Source: a virus (lineage: Duplodnaviria; Heunggongvirae; Uroviricota; Caudoviricetes). Taken from it: DNA of 64,000 nucleotides. Below are positions 58,054-64,000 of this stretch, piece by piece. The notes under the pieces were generated by a model. That model saw only the letters and a program-made list of their open reading frames with translations, searched no databases and was not told the DNA's origin. The stretch is from the IMG/VR virus record IMGVR_UViG_3300029288_000055, positions 170,764 through 234,763 of that record; one strand, written 5' to 3'. Positions within the stretch are counted from its first letter, which is position 1; each line of letters starts with the position of its first letter. The position numbers and the translations under genes were made by a program.

Positions 58054-58719
58054 CTAAATGGTTGATGAGCGTTCTTTGATAATATTTATTATAATATCAA
58101 GATATTTTTGTGACGTTTCAATTTTAAAATATTTTTGTTTTGATGTGTCAATAATACATAAATTGATATCTTTTTCAATACATGCTTGAAATTTACGATT
58201 ATCATTATTTTGAATTTGATTAAGTTTATCTTGACCATAAATAGGTTCATAATGAAATACACCATTTAATTCAAATGCGAGTTTCAATGAAGGTATATAA
58301 ATATCCAATTCAGAATTAATGGCATCTTTATGATTGAATAATATTTTCAATTCGGGATATAATAACTTCAGTTGGTCTTCAAGAAATCTTTCAAGTTTCG
58401 ACCTGCGATTACCATTTGTTTTATGTTTATTATTATATGTTGCAGCACACGAATTTGAACAGAAATTATTTTTATGTATTTGGGATGGTATTTTATAAAA
58501 TAGTGTACCACAATTAATACACACAACTTCTTTCTTTGTTGTTCTACCAATACTTTTACATGTCTTAGAGCAGTATTTTCCAGTGCGTTGCCCATTTAAG
58601 ACTTTTAAAATATCTCGTTTGGACTTATAAAAAATACTTGAACATATTTCACATTCACATGGAAATTTATTGGTTATGTTTGACGTATCGAATTCTTCTT
58701 GGTCGTATAATGAAATCAT
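58054..58719 (-). CDS. free-standing endonuclease (Zn-finger repeats plus Vsr/DUF559-like nuclease)
   Basis: CEIC/YCSKTC/CINC/FCSNSC; SKLE...ELDIYIPSLKLAFELNGVFHY...DNRK. Confidence 0.75.
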   Translation of the reverse strand: MISLYDQEEFDTSNITNKFPCECEICSSIFYKSKRDILKVLNGQRTGKYCSKTCKSIGRTTKKEVVCINCGTLFYKIPSQIHKNNFCSNSCAATYNNKHKTNGNRRSKLERFLEDQLKLLYPELKILFNHKDAINSELDIYIPSLKLAFELNGVFHYEPIYGQDKLNQIQNNDNRKFQACIEKDINLCIIDTSKQKYFKIETSQKYLDIIINIIKERSSTI

Positions 58720-58794
58720 ATTATAATTTTATAATAAATACTTAAAAATTTTCGAAAAATTATTTTCGAATCTTCTTTTTGGCTCAAAATAAAT

Positions 58795-58881
58795 GCCTTC
58801 TTCCTATAGTTGGTCGATTAGACGGGATTTGTAACCCCGCTTTCCACAAGAAACACGTCAGTTCGAATCTGACAGAAGGCT
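58795..58881 (+). tRNA. tRNA-Thr(TGT), long variable arm
   Basis: gccttct/agaaggc, cggga-tttgtaa-ccccg. Confidence 0.8.
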
Positions 58882-58896
58882 CAAATACAAATAATT

Positions 58897-59199
58897 ATGA
58901 GAAACTATCATTTTAGTGAAAAAGAAATTGAAGAATTTTTGAAAAACAATAAAAAAGCAGGTTATGGTGAGCTTAATCATCCATCACCAAATCATGAAGA
59001 AAAGTTTTTAAAGAAACTTCAACTCAGAATGAAAAGTTTTGTTGATCTTACACCTTATTTTGTAAAAGTTGCAATTGTCACAATTATTGTGTTTCTTTGC
59101 TCAATGTTTGTATGGTACAGTTTTATGAGACCAGACAAAAGTAAACCAATAATTGAGAACATTATTGAACAATTTGAAAAGAAAAAAATGCCCTCATAG
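58897..59199 (+). CDS. hypothetical membrane protein
   Basis: One TM segment; stop codon lies inside the downstream tRNA. Confidence 0.5.
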   Translation: MRNYHFSEKEIEEFLKNNKKAGYGELNHPSPNHEEKFLKKLQLRMKSFVDLTPYFVKVAIVTIIVFLCSMFVWYSFMRPDKSKPIIENIIEQFEKKKMPS

Positions 59200-59261
59200 T
59201 TCAACGGATAGAACGGATGTCTTCTAAACAACAAATCGTGGTTCGATTCCACGTGGGGGTA
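59190..59261 (+). tRNA. tRNA-Arg(TCT)
   Basis: gccctca/tgggggt, loop cttctaa, A20. Confidence 0.88.
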
Positions 59262-59576
59262 CTAAAAAAATAAAAAATGAGAACTGTAATTTGTCCCAAA
59301 TGTAACCAAGTAATTGCAGTACCAGATCATAAAGATTTTGTGATTTGTTGTAATGAAGTAATTTATGCGCCTTATGAAACACACGATTGTAAAGATGCAA
59401 TACCCGATGGTGTATGTAGAAAATAAAAAAGAATTTTCAATGGAAGGTTATGCCTTTCTTGATGAAGCAGGAAATACAATAATAATTGTTTACGGAGAAG
59501 GACGCAGAGACGACATGGACAAGTATTTAACTAATGACGGTGATTTAATTAATATCAAATATAAAATTATTGATTT

Positions 59577-59931
59577 ATGCCAAAAACAAAAATCACAATA
59601 ACAATTGAAAGAGACTTTCCATTGAGTGATGAAGAAATTCAAATTGCAATGAATGATATTCAAGCAAAATTACAAGGTTATTATGAAAAAACACCTGACT
59701 GCCTGAAGAAAGTAAAAATGAGTATTGGTTACGATAAAAAATATAACAATGAATAGAGTAAAACTTACGATTAATATCGACAGCGAAAATGAATTAACCG
59801 AAGAACAAATTGTGGAAGCAATGGTTAATATGAAATTCAGATTAGAAGGTTATAGTACTCCATGTCCAGAATTTTTAAAGAATGCGGAAATAGCGATAGA
59901 TAAAAATTATAAAATAACAATGCTCCCATAG
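59577..59931 (+). other. tandem pair of small paralogous CDSs (59577-59756, 59749-59931)
   Basis: TKITITIERDFPLSDEEIQIAM..LQGY..TPDCLK versus VKLTINIDSENELTEEQIVEAM..LEGY..CPEFLK. Confidence 0.55.
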
Positions 59932-59993
59932 TCCAAGGGATAGGGCAACGGTTTCCTAAACCTTAAATGCAGGTTCGAGTCCTGCTGGGAGTA
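59922..59993 (+). tRNA. tRNA-Arg(CCT)
   Basis: gctccca/tgggagt, loop ttcctaa. Confidence 0.88.
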
Positions 59994-60106
59994 CGAAGAA
60001 TAAATTAATATGACACCAAATATTGAAGAATATCAAAAGAAATTAACATTAGAAATAAAAGTTATGACAGTAATTCTCATAATTGTTTTATTTTTGTGTT
60101 TATAAT

Positions 60107-60181
60107 GCCTTTGTAGCATAACGGATAATGCGCTTGTCTTCGAAACAAGGTCTTATGGGGGTTCGAGTCCCTTCAGAGGTA
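60107..60181 (+). tRNA. tRNA-Arg(TCG)
   Basis: gcctttg/cagaggt, cttgt-cttcgaa-acaag. Confidence 0.88.
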
Positions 60182-60306
60182 CAAAATGAAAAAGAAAAAA
60201 ATTATAACAGGAATTACTGTTGCTGAACAAATGCGTAGAGCAAGAAAAATATTAAAAGAACAAGTAATACCTAAAGAAAAATTATATCAAAAACTAAAAA
60301 ACAAAT

Positions 60307-60380
60307 GCTCTCATAGCATAATTGGATAATGCATTTCGCTACGAACGAAAAGAGTGGGGGTTCGAGTCCCTCTGGGGGTA
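60307..60380 (+). tRNA. tRNA-Arg(ACG)
   Basis: gctctca/tgggggt, tttcg-ctacgaa-cgaaa. Confidence 0.9.
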
Positions 60381-60394
60381 CTAATAAAAATAAA

Positions 60395-60888
60395 ATGGAT
60401 GAAGAAAAAGAAGTTGATGAATTATTTGAATTTCTTGCATCTTGGGGAGCACGAAATAATTTTAAATTTGTAGTGCCACATGATGACGAAAAAAATATTG
60501 ACTTTATCAATATTAATTTCAAAACCAATATTATTTATGTTGACGAATTAGGTATTGATGAACCATTAACTGAAGTTGGATAAAAAAAGTAAAAATATGA
60601 AGTATCTCAACACATCGTAATTATCAAGCTACTTTGATAAATGCGATTGAAATGTTATTTAGACAGACAAGTAGCAAAAAACAACTCGTACCAAAAGTAC
60701 CAACAGCAAATGAAGTGGGTATGAAGTACTGGTTGGTGGAAATCACGCTTACGGGTGGTGAAATCCAAAAGTTTTACGTTAGTGCCGAAACACGATTCTT
60801 TGCCGAAGAAAAGGCATATGAGTACACGTATTGGATGGCTAACGAGAAACTTAAAAATAAGTTGAGTACTTTTAGGCTTATGCCTTAA
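60395..60888 (+). other. two small hypothetical CDSs (60395-60583, about 60651-60888)
   Basis: ORFs between tRNAs. Confidence 0.45.
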
Positions 60889-60921
60889 AGGATTAAAATT
60901 GCAGAGGAAACTCTGCAACAT

Positions 60922-60995
60922 GCAGGTGTAGCATAGTGGTAGTGCGTTGGCTTGCCGAGCCGAGGACGAGGGTTCGATTCCCTTCACCTGCTCCA
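60922..60995 (+). tRNA. tRNA-Gly(GCC), G37
   Basis: gcaggtg/cacctgc, ttggc-ttgccga-gccga, U73, CCA. Confidence 0.9.
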
Positions 60996-61051
60996 ATTAA
61001 GTTCGAAAATCTTTTTTCGCATTTCACAGTATTTATGTTAAAGTAAATATT

Positions 61052-61729
61052 ATGAAATGGTTAAAAGAAGATGTCGAAAAAGCAATTGTACTTCATACGG
61101 AAGGAAAAAGGTTTCAAGAAATTGCAGAAGCATTAAATAGAAATTTTAGGTGTGTTCAGATAAAATTAAATAAACTTGGATACCATCAAAATTATGTCGA
61201 GACCAAAGAAATCAAAGCGTGTCTTAACTGCGGTAATGTGTTCACATCGTTAATAAGTAAAAACAGAAGATTTTGTTCACAGTCATGTGGTGCAGAATAT
61301 AACAATAGAAAATACCCCAAACGAGCCAACATAAACAAACTGAAAAATTGTTTACATTGCGGTCAGCCATTAAATTCACATCAAACAAAATTTTGCTCAC
61401 CCAAATGTAGTGGCGAATATTTTCAACAAGAAAATTTCAAGAAAATTGAAAATGGGGATGTGTCATTTCCCGCTACAATGTATAAAAAGTACCTCATACA
61501 TAAGCACGGTAATAAGTGTATGAAATGTGGATGGCATGAAGTTAATATGGTTACGGGTTTAGTGCCAATTCAGTTAGAGCATAAAGATGGTAATTCTGAA
61601 AATCATAATTTAAATAATTTGGAGTTACTGTGTCCTAATCATCATTCATTAACCCCGACATTTGGTGCATTGAATAAGAGTAACGGCAGGACTAAAAGAA
61701 GGGAAAAAAGAAAATCATTTGCATATTAG
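61052..61729 (+). CDS. HNH endonuclease with Zn-finger repeats
   Basis: CLNC/FCSQSC/CLHC/FCSPKC; QLEHKDGNSENHNLNNLELLCPNHH. Confidence 0.85.
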   Translation: MKWLKEDVEKAIVLHTEGKRFQEIAEALNRNFRCVQIKLNKLGYHQNYVETKEIKACLNCGNVFTSLISKNRRFCSQSCGAEYNNRKYPKRANINKLKNCLHCGQPLNSHQTKFCSPKCSGEYFQQENFKKIENGDVSFPATMYKKYLIHKHGNKCMKCGWHEVNMVTGLVPIQLEHKDGNSENHNLNNLELLCPNHHSLTPTFGALNKSNGRTKRREKRKSFAY

Positions 61730-61769
61730 AAAATTTAATGCAATATTTGCAGTATAAATAATTTAAATT

Positions 61770-62048
61770 ATGAAAACAAAAAAATTCTTTAAAGGAAAAC
61801 TAATTAAATTAGTGATTGAAAATTTTTGTAAATGTGATTTTGCTTGGATTTCACAAACCACATTGCAGGAATATTTGGATAAACATCTGTCATTTAAAAC
61901 AGAAGTTTCGAATTTCACGCAGGATGAAGATAAGTTTACAAAAAATGCTCAAATAAAATTCACTGATGAAGATAATAAATTTCGTGTAATTGATATTCAT
62001 GTTGCACAAATCGAAAAATCAGTTAACGAACTTGTGGCAATACAATAG
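61770..62048 (+). CDS. hypothetical protein
   Basis: 92 aa ORF. Confidence 0.5.
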   Translation: MKTKKFFKGKLIKLVIENFCKCDFAWISQTTLQEYLDKHLSFKTEVSNFTQDEDKFTKNAQIKFTDEDNKFRVIDIHVAQIEKSVNELVAIQ

Positions 62049-62063
62049 ACCTACCCGCCACAC

Positions 62064-62318
62064 AAAAAATAACAAAGAGGATTCATCGCTGCGTGCCATT
62101 GCCATTAGTTGCATTGAACCTGCAGAGGAACTTCAGAACATCGCTGCTTAATGCGGGAGCATAAATATCTACGGCAATGCTGTAAGGAGAATATGCGTTA
62201 ATACCGCAGAGGATGCAAGCCAAATTTGCTTAGTCGGTGAGCAGGACGTAAAGCGTGGTTGGTGCATAGATAAATGATGAAATAAAACAAAATTCTGGGT
62301 ACGCTCATGTTATTTTTT
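62064..62318 (+). ncRNA. rnpB: minimal RNase P RNA
   Basis: P1 aaaaaataaca/tgttatttttt; P2 ttcatc/gatgaa; CR-I GAGGAACTTCAGA pairs with CR-V AACAAAATTCTGGGTA to give P4 with a bulged U; TAGATAAATGA (CR-IV). Confidence 0.8.
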
Positions 62319-62366
62319 GAAATTTTTTAGTATGTAGTAATAATTATAGTTATCTTTGCAATTATT

Positions 62367-62954
62367 ATGAAATACACAAAATATTTAATAAACGGAAAAT
62401 TTGTTGATATTGATTCTTTACAAACAAATAATTTTTATTTTAAAATACCAATAAGATTAATTAGCATATCAGTTGCATTTATGGGAATTACCATAATACT
62501 TGGAGTATTACCAATGGCTTTAATAGTTGATGAATATCGAAACACTAAATGTAGATTAATTCATTTTAAAAGAAATAAATATAAATTGTAACTATTATCA
62601 AATATTATTCGTATAATAATGTATAATTAAAATAATTAATCAATGGCAACATTATTACAAAAAGATGTTAAGCGTGAAACATTCGCAGTTATGGATATGA
62701 AAGGAAATAAAATGATTGTTACATTAAAAGCGGGTGATAACGTTGAATTCAGACCAAAAGGCAAAAGATATAAATATGAAGTACCACTTGCAGCATGTTT
62801 TAATCTTGCAATGATTTATACGGCAAGCGAACGCTATAAAGAACGAATAAAAAGATATGAAGAAGGTCGTAAAGAAGGTCGTAAAATGAAACGTCCAAAA
62901 CTGATGCCAAAAATATTTAATGAAAAACTATACCAAGCATTGAAATTAATTTAG
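62367..62954 (+). other. two hypothetical CDSs (62367-62591, 62643-62954)
   Basis: ORF track; promoter-like motifs upstream of each. Confidence 0.5.
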
Positions 62955-62999
62955 TATATTTGCAACATGAAAAACTTTTTAATTAATTTTTGAATAAAA

Positions 63000-63739
63000 T
63001 GAAACTATTTGAAAAATTTAAAATGACGACCCAAAGCGATTTGGAGAAAGTAAAATCAGCATTAAAAGCAAGTCCTATTTGCAAATCAATGAATGATTTA
63101 AGAGAATCTAAACTTGATACTGATGGCAATGGTAAGATAACTCGTATTTGGTTAAATCCACATAATCAGAAGTGTTTTAATTGGGGTTGGTTTGTACATC
63201 AAGACTTTTTTGACTGGACACAAGGCAAAGGTAAGATTATTAAAGGTAAAACCGATGAAGAAAAAAAGAAATTTTGGGATGTGGCAATGTTTGAATTACA
63301 ACATGATTATGCATGGGCAATTGGTTACAATAAAAAATATTTTGATTGCATCGATGAAACTTATCATCCAAAATCAAAACCGAATTATTATAGTATTGAA
63401 AGGTATGTTGAAAAACCATTGAAGATTACCAAAACCAATCACGAAGAAATTATTGCAAAAGTATTTGGTGATATTTGTGCATATTATAGCGATACCGAAT
63501 TAACTTATGAATCAAATCTTCACAGAAGAATTCGTAATGAAGTCGATGGTGCAAAACAAGTATTATTTGCATTGGGCGTTGGTTATTATGGCGCATGCAA
63601 CACTCCTGAAGAGCCATTAAACCTTTCTTGGGTTTCAGATATTTGCATTTATAAAGCAGTATATTTGTATTTTCTAAAAAATAATGTACCTTTGCCAGAC
63701 TTTGATTTCGTTTACAACTATAAAGATCAAGTAAAATGA
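63000..63739 (+). CDS. hypothetical protein
   Basis: Long ORF, followed by another ORF (from 63736) that runs off the right edge. Confidence 0.55.
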
Positions 63740-64000
63740 ATTTTGAAATGTGGGAAATATTAGTACCTGCCTCTAATAACAGAGACCAAGAATTTTCATA
63801 TGAACATCATAAGAAATGGGATGCTTTTGTGAAAGAAATCACTGGTGGTGTCACTATCATGAAAACTGCAAAAGGTGAATGGGTCAGTCCAAATGGAAAA
63901 ATTTACATTGATAAAATGATTCCTTGCAGAATTATTTGTAATGAAAATCAAATAAAAGAAATTATTGATTTCACACTAATACATTACAATCAGGAAGCAG

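Noticed and set aside
57990-58790. Target-site duplication around the antisense endonuclease (ttctggct versus ttttggct)
   Set aside because: The match is too short and imperfect in AT-rich sequence.
1-64000. Stop-codon recoding as in some Bacteroidota phages
   Set aside because: Core genes are intact in code 11, TAG and TGA end real ORFs, and no CTA/TCA/TTA suppressor tRNA was found.

Overview
AT-rich segment of a T4-like (myovirus-type) jumbo phage, most likely infecting Bacteroidota (TTTG-N18-20-TAnnTTTG promoters; A-rich starts without clear SD; standard code 11). Bases 1-24.9 kb hold a head-morphogenesis module: major capsid, scaffold, prohead protease, baseplate-hub/GH25 lysozyme fusion, portal, large terminase and probable internal head proteins. 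Bases 25-62 kb hold about 51 tRNA genes plus degenerate tRNA-like elements, a tmRNA, a minimal RNase P RNA, an Rnl1 RNA ligase, predicted RNA-repair enzymes, class II RNR, methyltransferases, vWA proteins and free-standing endonucleases. Main finding: the tRNAs form four operons that partition all 20 amino acids without overlap (P/H/Q; D/E/V/L/A/W/M; K/Y; T/C/N/I/S/F/G/R). Each operon starts with a promoter, an unannotated leader ORF packed with codons for that operon's amino acids, an antiterminator segment inside the leader, and an intrinsic terminator. This is the layout of ribosome-mediated attenuation, apparently used to sense depletion of specific host tRNAs (for example by anticodon nucleases) and switch on the matching phage tRNAs. 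All tRNA folds and protein calls were made by eye, without database searches.
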